A DNA stretch of 53,601 nucleotides, taken from an uncultured Anaerolineaceae bacterium (GTDB lineage: Bacteria; Chloroflexota; Anaerolineae; Anaerolineales; Anaerolineaceae). Shown one piece after another: positions 44,698-53,601 of this stretch (position 1 is the first letter of the stretch; every line of letters starts with the position of its first letter). Made by a program: the position numbers and the translations under genes. The notes under the pieces were generated by a model. The model was not told the DNA's origin, ran no database searches, and worked only from the letters and a program-made list of their open reading frames with translations. The stretch is taken from the NCBI GenBank assembly GCA_964595925.1, contig CAZQSG010000001.1, positions 27,437 to 81,037 of the forward strand. The letters are read 5' to 3'.

Positions 44698-45630
44698 CTA
44701 CTGAATTGAGGCAATTATTTCAATCTTACTGTTGGATCGTTGTTGGTCTATCCATGATTGTAGGGCCAGGTGCTGTAATTTTTGTTTTGCGTCAATGGAA
44801 AGCGGATGGATTTCATGATTGAGAACTTTGATGAAGTGATAGCCGAAATCAGTTTCAATCATTTCACTAACAGTGCCGGGTTCTAATTCGAAAGCAACAG
44901 TTTCTATTTCTGGTTGAGAAAGATAGCCTTTTGGCGACCAGGAAAGGTAGCCATTTGTAAGGGGATGATATTGTGCGGCTAGCCATTTAAAATCAGTTCC
45001 GCTCTCTAACGCCAACTGAATATTATCAGCAGTAACCCGATCATAAACCAGAATTTGGCGTAATTCAACCTGATCAATCTCATCTGGAATTTGTTGGATG
45101 ATTAATTCAATCTGGTAATCAGATTCGATGGCAATTGTTAAGGTTCTTTCGAAAGATTCTTGTGTGTAATAGTTTTTTTCCAGCCACCGGGTAAAAAGAG
45201 TTTCATCCCCCAATTCATTGATTAATTCTATGATGCGATCAGATACCATTTCTTCATCTGCTGAATAACCATTGTTTCTTGCCTCTTGTGCAAACAGGTA
45301 TTGATCAATCATTGATTGTAATGATGCATCAAACGATTGTTCTGCGGATGTATCGGGATGAGCTTTCATGTATCGTAGAATTTCGTTATTTAAATCCTCA
45401 AGGAGTATGGCTTGATCATTTACGGTAGCTGCCAGTGGTGCTGGGGTGGGGGTAGCTGCGAGTGTATTTGTGGGAGAGGTTTCGACGGAATCAGTTGAAA
45501 GGGGAGTGGTTGGGGTAACTGTCTCAGCAACTTTCGTTGGCCGTTGACAACCTGCTGTAACAATGCTAATCAGGATAAGCGTAAGTACGGGTAATATGAA
45601 AATCAGTAATTTGGTTTTTTGTGGTTTCAT
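44698..45630 (-). CDS. Parvulin-type peptidyl-prolyl cis-trans isomerase lipoprotein (PrsA/SurA-like)
   Basis: Lipoprotein signal MKPQKTKLLIFILPVLTLILISIVTAGC, a SurA-N-like helical region, and a PpiC domain (VELRQILV...ETDFGYHFIKV). ATG at 45630 is preferred over the track start at 45663, which adds a Cys-rich non-signal extension. Confidence 0.75.
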   Translation of the reverse strand: MKPQKTKLLIFILPVLTLILISIVTAGCQRPTKVAETVTPTTPLSTDSVETSPTNTLAATPTPAPLAATVNDQAILLEDLNNEILRYMKAHPDTSAEQSFDASLQSMIDQYLFAQEARNNGYSADEEMVSDRIIELINELGDETLFTRWLEKNYYTQESFERTLTIAIESDYQIELIIQQIPDEIDQVELRQILVYDRVTADNIQLALESGTDFKWLAAQYHPLTNGYLSWSPKGYLSQPEIETVAFELEPGTVSEMIETDFGYHFIKVLNHEIHPLSIDAKQKLQHLALQSWIDQQRSNSKIEIIASIQ

Positions 45631-45750
45631 AATACAAATTATACACAGTTTTAATCCACACATGATTTGAATTTGATGGTCACACTGAAACAGGCAGAAA
45701 AGGATGGATATAGTTTTTTAAAGATTTAAGATTGTTACATGTTTTTCAGC

Positions 45751-45779
45751 TTGCAATGACCATCTAAGTGTGCTAAAAT
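45751..45779 (+). promoter_or_regulatory. Sigma70-like promoter for nrdR-nrdJ
   Basis: TTGCAA (45751-45756), a 17-nt spacer, then TAAAAT (45774-45779). The predicted 5' UTR is about 105 nt. Confidence 0.55.
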
Positions 45780-45813
45780 TTTTTTACTTAAATACACGGG
45801 TAATTATGAATAG

Positions 45814-45833
45814 CACCCCCATATGCGGGGGTG
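45814..45833 (+). promoter_or_regulatory. GC-rich hairpin/palindrome in the nrdR-nrdJ leader
   Basis: CACCCCC-ATATGC-GGGGGTG is a 7-bp G/C stem in an otherwise AT-rich leader. A second palindrome, ACGAAA-TG-TTTCGT, lies at 45846-45859. Confidence 0.4.
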
Positions 45834-45893
45834 ATTTCAAAGGTAACGAAATGTTTCGTACTTCTTCAAAACGTTATGAAAGGGAGGTAGGCT

Positions 45894-46352
45894 TTGTATT
45901 GCCCATATTGTCAAAATAAAAAAACCCGAGTTATTGATACAACACGGAATAATCATGGCGGGATTCGACGCAGGCGGGAGTGCTTAAATTGTCATCAGCG
46001 ATTCTCAACTTATGAACGGGCAATTCTTGCCACTCCGTTAATCGTAAAACAAGAAGGAACTCGTGAAGAGTTCAATCGCGAGAAATTATTAAAAGGAATT
46101 CGTATCAGCTGTGCGAAAAGGCCGGTTTCTGGTGCTGATATTGATCGCCTGGTGGGAGAAATTGAAGTATCTTTGCAAAAACGGGGCCGTTCAGAAGTAT
46201 CCAGTCGTGAGGTCGGGGATTTGGTGATTGCGGGCCTAAAAGAGTTAGATCTGATTGCTTATATTCGTTACGCAATTGTTTATTTACAGCTAGATGATCT
46301 GCATTCAATCAGGAATGAAATTGATAAATTATTAGAAGGTAATGGAGGATAG
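45894..46352 (+). CDS. nrdR: Transcriptional repressor NrdR (zinc ribbon plus ATP-cone)
   Basis: (M)YCPYCQNKKTRVIDT...RRRECLNCHQRFSTYE zinc ribbon followed by an ATP-cone. A TTG start lies 6 nt after AGGGAGG. Confidence 0.9.
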   Translation: MYCPYCQNKKTRVIDTTRNNHGGIRRRRECLNCHQRFSTYERAILATPLIVKQEGTREEFNREKLLKGIRISCAKRPVSGADIDRLVGEIEVSLQKRGRSEVSSREVGDLVIAGLKELDLIAYIRYAIVYLQLDDLHSIRNEIDKLLEGNGG

Positions 46353-46355
46353 GTA

Positions 46356-48917
46356 ATGTCGTCAGAAAAAAGCAAATTAGGGAAGTTGCTGCCTACACCA
46401 GAATTACCAAAAGGATTGCCCAAAATCGAACTAACAGATAATTCGATGCAAATTCTGCAACGACGATATTTGCGGCACGATAAAAATGGCGAAGCTGTTG
46501 AAACTGTTGAAGAAATGTTTTGGCGGGTTGCTTATCATGTTGCGAAAGTGGAATCAGTCTGGAACACTGATATTGTTGCTCTGGCTGAAGAATATTATAA
46601 GCTTCTGATCACAAAAAAGTTCTTTCCGAATTCTCCGACATTTACTGGAACGGGTACCCCTCTTGGGCAGTTAGCGGCTTGTTTTGTTTTACCCATCAGC
46701 GATGATATGGGGCGAAATGGTACGGGTATTTTTGAAAGTTTGCGTAATGCTGCATTGATTCAACAAACTGGTGGAGGAAACGGGTTTTCATTTTCTCGTT
46801 TGCGTCCCTCCGGTGCACTTGTGAAATCATCTTCAGGGAAGGCAACTGGGCCGAATGGTTTTTTACGCGTGTATGATAATGCATTTGGCGAGATTGCACA
46901 GGGAGGTACACGACGGGGCGCTAATATGGCGGTACTGCGGGTAGACCATCCTGATATTGAAAAATTCATTACCTTAAAAACAGATGAGAATGCCATAACA
47001 AATTTCAATATCTCTGTTGGAATCACTGATGCATTCATGAAGGCTGTCGAGGAAGATGCTGATTGGGATTTGGTATTTCCGGATGTTGATGATCCTATGT
47101 ATTCACAATTAGATGGAACCATTGAAGATGCAGTCGAGATGGGAATTCCTCTCAAGGTGTATAAAACAGTCAAAGCAAGAGATGTTTTTAATCAGATTGT
47201 GAAACAGTCTCATCACAATGGTGAACCTGGGGTGTTATTCCTTGATACTGCGAACCGGCAAAATCCAGTCCCTCAACTTTATAGACTGGAATCAACCAAT
47301 CCTTGTGGCGAACAATGGCTTGGACCATTTGAAAATTGCTGCTTAGGATCCATTAATCTTGCTCAACATTTTGGTGAGAATAGAATGTTGGATTGGGAAT
47401 CACTGCGAGAAAGTACGGTTCTTGCAACACGATTTTTAGATGATGTTGTGGATGCCAATCATTATGTTCCTGCTATACCCCAACTGAAAGAATCAGCACT
47501 GCGTGCCCGCCGTATTGGTTTAGGGATAATGGGTTTTGCAGATATTCTGTATCATGTTGGAATTCGGTATGGGTCAACTGGAGGACAAGAATTTGCTTCA
47601 CAAGTGATTGAGTTTATCCGTTTCCATTCAATGAAAACCAGTATTCAACTGGCAGAGGAGCGTGGGGCGTTCCTTGCGATACAGGGCAGTCTTTATGATC
47701 CAAATGATCTTAAGTGGCAGGTACCGGAATCTATAGTGCCTTACACTCATGATTATGGCAGGCCTGCACTTGATTGGAACGGGATTGTTGAAGGAATAAA
47801 GACTCACGGTATTCGCAATGCCGCGCAAACGACAGTTGCACCAACTGGGACAATTGCTACTGTTGCAGGTGTTGAAGGTTATGGTTGTGAACCTGTTTTT
47901 GCACTTGCGTATATCCGCCACGTTGATGACAATGGCAGCGACTTACAATTGACTTACACCTCCCCTCAATTTCTTAAGAAAATGGAAGAAGCTGATTTAG
48001 AAAAGGACTCTCAAGAAAAGATTATCCAGAAAGTGATGGAAATGGGATCCTGCCAGAATATTCTTGAGGTGCCAGAAGATATTCGTGATGTGTTCGTAGT
48101 TTCTTCTGACATAACTGCAGAAGAGCATGTTCGGATGCAGGCAGCAATGCAGGCTTTTGTTGATAATAGTCTTTCGAAAACTGTTAATTTCCCAGCGGGG
48201 GCGGTGGAAGAAGATGTTGCTCATGCATATCAGCTGGCATGGAAGTTGGGCTGTAAAGGAATCACAGTTTATGTAACAGGATCTCGTGATGTTGTTGTTC
48301 TGGAGACGAAAGAGACTGTTGAGGAAAAAGAAGAGCCCAAAACAGCTATGCAGCCAATGATCTGGAGTGATAGTCGAAAACCCCGTCCTCGAACGTTGCC
48401 AGGATACACCTATTCTATTCAAACTCCACTGGGAAAAGCGTTTGTAACCGTGAATGAAAATGGAGGCAATCAGCCGTTTGAAGTCTTTATCAATAGCGCT
48501 AAGGCCGGTTCTGATACCGCGACTGTATCAGAAGCTATTGGGCGTTTGATCTCTCAAGTATTACGACAGGCATCACCAATCGAACCGGTAAAGCGTCTTG
48601 ATTTAATTATCCAACAATTAAGCGGTATTGGTGGTGGGCGTGCTTTAGGATTTGGACCAGACCGAGTCCGTTCTTTCCCTGATGGTGTTGCCACTCTTTT
48701 GCGCGAATATCTTGAGCAGAGGAAAGTTCGACTTAATGGTGGGGAACTTTCATCGCGAGCAGAACAACTAGAACGACTAAATGCAACCTCTAAAAATACT
48801 ACTCATCAGCCAGGTCTTCCTCAGATTGGCGATCTTTGTCCCGAATGCGGGCAGGCGACCTTAGTGATGGAAGAGGGCTGCTGTAAGTGTTACTCATGTG
48901 GTTATAGCGAGTGTTAG
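46356..48917 (+). CDS. nrdJ: Adenosylcobalamin-dependent (class II) ribonucleotide reductase with a C-terminal Cys-rich zinc-ribbon tail
   Basis: The active-site block is [23 protein letters not shown]. 853 aa. The C-terminal [26 protein letters not shown] is a known feature of many class II RNRs. It starts 3 nt after nrdR. Confidence 0.9.
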   Translation: MSSEKSKLGKLLPTPELPKGLPKIELTDNSMQILQRRYLRHDKNGEAVETVEEMFWRVAYHVAKVESVWNTDIVALAEEYYKLLITKKFFPNSPTFTGTGTPLGQLAACFVLPISDDMGRNGTGIFESLRNAALIQQTGGGNGFSFSRLRPSGALVKSSSGKATGPNGFLRVYDNAFGEIAQGGTRRGANMAVLRVDHPDIEKFITLKTDENAITNFNISVGITDAFMKAVEEDADWDLVFPDVDDPMYSQLDGTIEDAVEMGIPLKVYKTVKARDVFNQIVKQSHHNGEPGVLFLDTANRQNPVPQLYRLESTNPCGEQWLGPFENCCLGSINLAQHFGENRMLDWESLRESTVLATRFLDDVVDANHYVPAIPQLKESALRARRIGLGIMGFADILYHVGIRYGSTGGQEFASQVIEFIRFHSMKTSIQLAEERGAFLAIQGSLYDPNDLKWQVPESIVPYTHDYGRPALDWNGIVEGIKTHGIRNAAQTTVAPTGTIATVAGVEGYGCEPVFALAYIRHVDDNGSDLQLTYTSPQFLKKMEEADLEKDSQEKIIQKVMEMGSCQNILEVPEDIRDVFVVSSDITAEEHVRMQAAMQAFVDNSLSKTVNFPAGAVEEDVAHAYQLAWKLGCKGITVYVTGSRDVVVLETKETVEEKEEPKTAMQPMIWSDSRKPRPRTLPGYTYSIQTPLGKAFVTVNENGGNQPFEVFINSAKAGSDTATVSEAIGRLISQVLRQASPIEPVKRLDLIIQQLSGIGGGRALGFGPDRVRSFPDGVATLLREYLEQRKVRLNGGELSSRAEQLERLNATSKNTTHQPGLPQIGDLCPECGQATLVMEEGCCKCYSCGYSEC

Positions 48918-48968
48918 TCTATTCGTAAATTTCATAAGCTACTTGAAAATTAGAGATTTTGAGAATCA

Positions 48969-49871
48969 ATGAAAATCTATTCAGAATGTTTTGAGTGTTT
49001 AACCCGTATGTCTTTACGAACGCTGCGATATAGCGGCGCTGGCAAAAAGGTCGAACGGGATATCATGCAACGAGTTTTACGTTTTATGGGTGAAGCCAGC
49101 GAGGATTCTCTTCCAGTGGATGTGGTTGCGATATTGATGGATGAAATCCGCGCGCAAACGGGTGTGGATGACCCTTATGAAACTTTAAAACAAATAAGCA
49201 CACGCGATGCGTTGAAGCTTTATCCGCGCATGAAAGAATTTGTCGCAGCTTCAAAAGATCCATTTAAAACAGCTCTTCATATAGCTGCTCTGGGAAATGC
49301 TATTGATTTTGGTGTTTCAAATACCTTTGATTTAGAAGAAGTGCTTGATGATGGGTTGGAACAAAGTCTTTATGCTCCTGAGATTGATGAACTTCGGTCA
49401 GAAATTGAGCAAAGTCCCTGGATGCTGATGATGGGAGATAATGCTGGAGAAACTGTTTTTGATCGGGTTCTCATCGAAACCATCCATTCAGAGATAGGTT
49501 CAATTCCGATCAAGTATGCTGTGAAAAGCAATGGCGGGTTGAATGATGCGATGAAGAAAGATGCCGTTCAGGCAGGTCTGGATCAATGTACCGAGATAGT
49601 CGAAACAGGTGATGGGATTGCTGGAATCATTTTGAGAAGAGCAAGTGATCAGTTCAGGACTTTATTTATATCAGCTCCTATGATTCTTTCTAAGGGTGTT
49701 GGAAATTATGAAGGATTGAGCGGCAATGCATTAAATACCCGGATTTATTATCTGTTTAAAGTGAAATGTGTATCAATGGTTCATGAATTGGGAATTGATA
49801 TCGGAACCATGGTATTGTGGCCTCATTCAAAAGACAAAATTGTATTTAAGTCTCCTCTTGTTCTAAGATGA
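48969..49871 (+). CDS. DUF89 / ARMT1-like damage-control phosphatase family protein
   Basis: N-terminal CFECLTR plus the metal-site motifs MMGDNAGETVFD and SKGVGNYEGL. Confidence 0.75.
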   Translation: MKIYSECFECLTRMSLRTLRYSGAGKKVERDIMQRVLRFMGEASEDSLPVDVVAILMDEIRAQTGVDDPYETLKQISTRDALKLYPRMKEFVAASKDPFKTALHIAALGNAIDFGVSNTFDLEEVLDDGLEQSLYAPEIDELRSEIEQSPWMLMMGDNAGETVFDRVLIETIHSEIGSIPIKYAVKSNGGLNDAMKKDAVQAGLDQCTEIVETGDGIAGIILRRASDQFRTLFISAPMILSKGVGNYEGLSGNALNTRIYYLFKVKCVSMVHELGIDIGTMVLWPHSKDKIVFKSPLVLR

Positions 49872-49900
49872 AAAAGCCCCACTGGGTTCACCAGGGGGCT
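49871..49900 (-). terminator. Rho-independent terminator of the flavodiiron gene (also closes the convergent DUF89 gene)
   Basis: AGCCCC-a-CTGG-gttca-CCAG-GGGGCT (49875-49900) forms a 10-bp stem with a 1-nt bulge. The U run exists only on the minus strand (plus-strand A run 49871-49875). Confidence 0.7.
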
Positions 49901-49920
49901 GTGGAGAGTCAATCAGGTAA

Positions 49921-51105
49921 TTATTTTATAACCCCTAATTCTATATGTTTTTCGAAGATCAATTGAGCAAGAACAGCTAACTCTTGTTCTGCGGCTTCAT
50001 TTGGGTATCCCTTAGCTGTTACAAAGGGGAGCACTTCTTTATTAAGAGGTCCCGCCATTTGAGCTATTTTTTTCGATACTGTATCTCCCCATCCATAGGA
50101 ACCAATAAAACCAAGATAGGATGCTTTCGGTTTCACCAAGGCTGCTAAAGAAATTGCGTTTACCAGCAGTGGGTGTGGATTTCCGAGAAGAGTGGGAGAA
50201 GCAAGAATGATTGTAGAAGCATCAATCATGCAGGTGGCTAATTGTCCAATAGTTGCGGTCTCGAGATTATAGGGCTGTACGATGATTCCCCGATCGCCAA
50301 GTGAAGACATAAGAGATTCAACCATTCGTAATGTGCTATTGTGCATGGACACATAGGGAATCATAACCATGTTCTTGGTAGGCCCATTTGCCCATTCATT
50401 ATACGCAGAGAGGATGAACTTTGGAGTGTTGTAGATAGGACCATGGCTGGGGCAGATCATATCAATATCATAAGGCTCGAGTTTTTCCAGATTTTTGCTG
50501 ACGAATTTTCGTAATGGCTGCATAATTTGGGCATAGTACAGTTTGTTGCTGGCCAAAACGACTGGATCTTCATCAGCAAACATTTTTGACGTTGCTAAAT
50601 GCGATCCGAAAAAGTCGCAGCTGAACAAGATGTTTTCTTCAACCAGATAAGCAGACATGGTTTCAGGCCAATGTACCCATGGAGTGTAAATGAATTTCAA
50701 GGTAAGATCACCCAGAGAAAGTTGTTCACCATCTTCGACTGTGATGATCCGGTCAGGATTTAGACCCGGAAGTAAATCTAAGAGCATGGGTTTTTCTTTT
50801 TGCGAGGTATAAACAACTGCGTTGGGATAGTGTTCAAGGACAAGAGGAATGGTGCCGGAATGATCTTGTTCTGCGTGTAGTGAAATAATGTAGTCAATCT
50901 CAGGTACCTGGTTTAGCTGGTTCATGAGAACGTAGGCTTTCCCCGGTTCTACTGTGTCAATTAATGCAGTTTTATCACTGCCCTTAAGTAAATAGGAGTT
51001 ATAGGACGTTCCATCAGGTAATGGAATTAATGAGTCAAAAACTGTACGATCCCAATCGATAGCTCCCAATAAATCTATTTGATTTGTAATTTTTCGTGGA
51101 TTCAT
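49921..51105 (-). CDS. Flavodiiron protein (FprA-type A-type flavoprotein: metallo-beta-lactamase-like plus flavodoxin-like domains)
   Basis: Di-iron motif SLHAEQDHSG (H-x-E-x-D-H) and a flavodoxin-like C-terminal half (ILASPTLLGNPHP). ATG at 51105 follows SD GAGG by 5 nt. The track TTG at 51123 overlaps that SD. Confidence 0.85.
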   Translation of the reverse strand: MNPRKITNQIDLLGAIDWDRTVFDSLIPLPDGTSYNSYLLKGSDKTALIDTVEPGKAYVLMNQLNQVPEIDYIISLHAEQDHSGTIPLVLEHYPNAVVYTSQKEKPMLLDLLPGLNPDRIITVEDGEQLSLGDLTLKFIYTPWVHWPETMSAYLVEENILFSCDFFGSHLATSKMFADEDPVVLASNKLYYAQIMQPLRKFVSKNLEKLEPYDIDMICPSHGPIYNTPKFILSAYNEWANGPTKNMVMIPYVSMHNSTLRMVESLMSSLGDRGIIVQPYNLETATIGQLATCMIDASTIILASPTLLGNPHPLLVNAISLAALVKPKASYLGFIGSYGWGDTVSKKIAQMAGPLNKEVLPFVTAKGYPNEAAEQELAVLAQLIFEKHIELGVIK

Positions 51106-51369
51106 AATTACCTCTGTAATCAATCTAGTTATTAATCTAAAAAAAGTTCTATAAAGGATTTAATTCACTTTACAATACTATTTCAAAGGTTTAAAAAAAT
51201 CAAGATAAATCTCAAACTATTAATAATAATATCACCTGTTGATCAGAATGGGGGAATAATCAGACTGGTTAATATTCCTCAAAAGGAGTGTTATAAGGTA
51301 AAATCGAAGGATAATAATTCTGTTAAATTGAAGTCATTGTTGTATGTGGTAGATTCAGGGAGAAGCTTA

Positions 51370-51951
51370 ATGGATGGTCATTTCGGTCGATTAGAAGTTG
51401 TGTGTGGTTCGATGTTTTGTGGGAAATCCGAAGAATTAATTCGTCGGATGCGTAGGGCAATGATTGCCAAACAAAAGATTCAGGTGTTTAAACCAAGTAT
51501 AGATGATCGTTATAGTGGGTTACAAAAAATCACATCACATTCAGGTTACGAAATCGACTGTATTCCTGTCAAAGATTCCGAAGAATTAAAACAATTACTG
51601 GATTCAGAAGTGACGGTCATTGCGGTGGATGAAGCGCAATTTTTTGATTCTAATTTAATAAACGTAATCGATGAAATTGTTGATCAAGGGATACGTGTCA
51701 TTGTCGCCGGATTGGATATGGATTTTCGAGGAGAGCCCTTTGGTATTATGCCATTGTTGCTGGCAAAAGCGGAAAGAGTGGATAAGCTGCAGGCCATTTG
51801 CATGGTGTGTGGCGAAGCTGCCAGCAGGACACAACGGATGGTGAATGGTAAACCTGCGTTTTATGATGAACCTATTGTTGTAGTAGGAGCAGCTGAACTT
51901 TATGAGGCCCGATGTCGAATACATCATCAGGTGCCGCATCGCAGTGATTGA
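51370..51951 (+). CDS. tdk: Thymidine kinase
   Basis: GSMFCGKSEELI P-loop, VIAVDEAQFF, and Zn-site CMVCG...ARCRIHH. ATG at 51370 follows SD GGGAGA. The track TTG at 51328 adds 14 non-conserved residues. Confidence 0.9.
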   Translation: MDGHFGRLEVVCGSMFCGKSEELIRRMRRAMIAKQKIQVFKPSIDDRYSGLQKITSHSGYEIDCIPVKDSEELKQLLDSEVTVIAVDEAQFFDSNLINVIDEIVDQGIRVIVAGLDMDFRGEPFGIMPLLLAKAERVDKLQAICMVCGEAASRTQRMVNGKPAFYDEPIVVVGAAELYEARCRIHHQVPHRSD

Positions 51952-51971
51952 GTTTCACAAGGAGTAAGAAA

Positions 51972-52532
51972 GTGCAGGATTATCAAGAAATTTTAAAAAA
52001 GGTTCTGATTTCAGAAGAAAAACTACAAACTCGTATCTCAGCATTGGCTGAACAGATTAACCATGACTATCAAGACTCTGATGGGTTAATTCTGGTGTGT
52101 GTGCTTCGAGGCGGCATCATGTTTTTGGTTGATCTCATGAGACAGTTGAATATCAGTCACTCGGTTGATTTTATGGCTGTTTCGTCTTATGGCATTGGCA
52201 AGCGGAGCTCTACTGGGCAAGCCAGAATTTCGCTGGATTTGAATACTGATATTGGTGATCGTGATGTATTAATAATTGAAGATATTGTAGATAGCGGACG
52301 CACAATGAATTCACTGCTTCAACTATTAAATAGCCGACGGCCAAAATCGCTCGAGGTATGCGTTTTGTTAAACAAGTCTGAGCGGCGTGAAGTTGATATT
52401 CCTATCAAATACGTTGGTTTTGAAATCGCAAATGAATTCGTTTTTGGTTATGGACTTGATCTTGATGAATATTATCGCAATCTGGGATTTATTGGGATTG
52501 TAGATTTAGAGAAGTATGAGGTTGAAGGATAA
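51972..52532 (+). CDS. hpt: Hypoxanthine(-guanine) phosphoribosyltransferase
   Basis: PRPP-binding loop VLIIEDIVDSGRT and VCVLRGG. A GTG start at 51972 follows SD AAGGAG (51961-51966). The track TTG at 51948 overlaps the tdk stop. Confidence 0.9.
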   Translation: MQDYQEILKKVLISEEKLQTRISALAEQINHDYQDSDGLILVCVLRGGIMFLVDLMRQLNISHSVDFMAVSSYGIGKRSSTGQARISLDLNTDIGDRDVLIIEDIVDSGRTMNSLLQLLNSRRPKSLEVCVLLNKSERREVDIPIKYVGFEIANEFVFGYGLDLDEYYRNLGFIGIVDLEKYEVEG

Positions 52533-52567
52533 CCGTTATTCTTCACAAATTATTCAGTTAGCTTAAC

Positions 52568-52597
52568 AAGGATATTTGTGTTTTTGCAAATATCCTT
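52568..52597 (+). terminator. AT-rich 11-bp hairpin downstream of hpt (weak terminator candidate)
   Basis: AAGGATATTTG (52568-52578) pairs with CAAATATCCTT (52587-52597) across an 8-nt loop. No T run follows. Confidence 0.3.
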
Positions 52598-52617
52598 CGA
52601 TGTGTTAATATCTAAAT

Positions 52618-53601
52618 ATGGATACTGAACTTTCTTTTGAAAAAATTATTGCGTATATACGTTCGAACTTCAGATCAGACACACGAGTTTATCTTGTTGG
52701 TGGCGTTGTACGGGATATGATACTTGGGATTCCGTCGAATGATATTGATATTGTATTGACCGGGAATGTGAGATCAATTTCCCGCAGCATTGCGAATCAT
52801 TTTTCAGGAGATTTTTATCCCCTTGACGAAGAACGGCACGCGTATCGTGTCATACTTCATGATTCTTCTACAAAAGACATAATATTGGATATTGCTTTGA
52901 TGCGGGGCGAATCAATTGAAGAAGATTTGGAAGACCGCGATTTTACGATTAATGCCATTGCCATTGATGTTTCCAAAATAGATAAAGGGGCTTATATTGA
53001 TCCACTTGATGGGATTGGTGCAATTGAAAATCAACTAATAAGCGCTTGTTCAGGGCAATCTTTGGTTAATGACCCTGTTCGTGTTTTACGTGCAATTCGG
53101 TTTGCATGTCAATTTAACAATGTGATTGATAACAAAACAAAAGAGGCGATGCATGATGCGGTGCCTCACCTAAACGAAACTTCTCAAGAACGAATTCGTG
53201 ATGAGTTCTTCAAGATGTTAGGAAAAACCTGGACAAGGGAGTGTTTGAATTATTGTCTCCAATTTAATCTGGCGCAGAAGTTATTTCCTGGTTCTGAAAA
53301 CTGCCCTGATAATTGGCTGGAATCAAATGAAGTAATTAATGATCTGAATCATTTTCTTATTAAGCCTGAGGGGGAGAGGAAAGAACAATTACCTTGCAAA
53401 TTGCTCATAAACACTTTCCAAAAAAATATTTGCGACTATTTAGAGGACGTGATCGTATCAGATCGGAGTGTGATTAAAGTACTTAGTTTGGGAATTCTTC
53501 TACACCAGGAGTTCAACTGTATATTAAGTTGTGCTCTTGATAGCGGCGATAGAAAAAAAACACTTCATTCTTTTTTAAAAAAGCGCGGTGCGGATTTCGT
53601 A
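52618..53601 (+). CDS. cca: CCA-adding enzyme / poly(A) polymerase-family tRNA nucleotidyltransferase (3'-truncated by the window end)
   Basis: It is not in the ORF track because no stop is reached. My reading from ATG 52618 gives MDTELSFEKIIAYIRSNFRSDTRVYLVGGVVRDMILGIPSNDIDIVLTGN...EDRDFTINAIAIDV...VRVLRAIRF, open through 53601 (328 codons). Confidence 0.8.
   Translation, partial: MDTELSFEKIIAYIRSNFRSDTRVYLVGGVVRDMILGIPSNDIDIVLTGNVRSISRSIANHFSGDFYPLDEERHAYRVILHDSSTKDIILDIALMRGESIEEDLEDRDFTINAIAIDVSKIDKGAYIDPLDGIGAIENQLISACSGQSLVNDPVRVLRAIRFACQFNNVIDNKTKEAMHDAVPHLNETSQERIRDEFFKMLGKTWTRECLNYCLQFNLAQKLFPGSENCPDNWLESNEVINDLNHFLIKPEGERKEQLPCKLLINTFQKNICDYLEDVIVSDRSVIKVLSLGILLHQEFNCILSCALDSGDRKKTLHSFLKKRGADFV

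Noticed and set aside
45664-45893. Possible cobalamin riboswitch upstream of the B12-dependent nrdJ (and likewise upstream of the mutase at 36858-37075).
   Set aside because: I find no B12-box-like conserved core (such as the GCCACTG-type motif) or the multi-stem architecture. B12 riboswitches normally control B12-independent isozymes or B12 supply genes, not B12-dependent enzymes.
1-53601. Search for CRISPR arrays, IS elements and inverted terminal repeats, integrases, prophage genes, tRNA/rRNA genes and long direct repeats.
   Set aside because: I found no regularly spaced repeats, no transposase- or integrase-like translations in the six-frame track, and no intergenic region with tRNA-like structure. 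The scan was visual, so short or diverged elements could have been missed.

Overview
This is a 53.6 kb, AT-rich (about 40% GC by eye, not computed), densely coding chromosomal segment. I see no rRNA, tRNA, CRISPR array, transposase or integrase. About 45 protein genes are supportable.

Gene content:
- Housekeeping genes: lepA, cmk, xth, rimO, rplI, mreB, a RodZ-like gene, infC-rpmI-rplT, nrdR-nrdJ, tdk, hpt and a partial cca.
- Metabolic genes: a GlpA/GlpB/DUF1667-type dehydrogenase trio, an amidohydrolase, two VOC proteins, an FGGY kinase, a methylmalonyl-CoA mutase catalytic subunit with its epimerase, and a flavodiiron protein.
- Other genes: a heterodimeric ABC exporter pair and an orphan NYN-domain protein.

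The B12-dependent class II RNR, the flavodiiron protein, MreB/RodZ, Pro/Thr-rich linkers on exported proteins and two Chlor_Arch_YYY (DUF2298) proteins suggest an anaerobic or microaerophilic rod or filament, plausibly Chloroflexota (Anaerolineae-like). That placement is inference only.

Main points of interest:
1. The standout is a tightly packed, co-directional cluster at 2001-17248. It encodes a flippase-like membrane protein, a CDP-paratose-2-epimerase-like SDR and a GT4 glycosyltransferase. Four consecutive very large polytopic membrane proteins follow, carrying five GT-C-like or YYY modules. One of these is a 1781-aa fusion protein. The function of this family is, to my knowledge, unknown.
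2. A putative leader-peptide plus tandem-terminator attenuator lies upstream of the ABC exporter pair (31833-32077, minus strand).
3. Smaller observations: a non-AUG (ATA) infC start, a TrmH-family gene whose conserved N-terminus extends upstream of any canonical start codon, two TATAAT-N7-ATG candidate leaderless genes, an L9 with a long acidic tail, a RodZ-like protein with a duplicated HTH, and palindromes in the nrdR-nrdJ leader.

All family assignments come from reading motifs in the translations. No database search was run.
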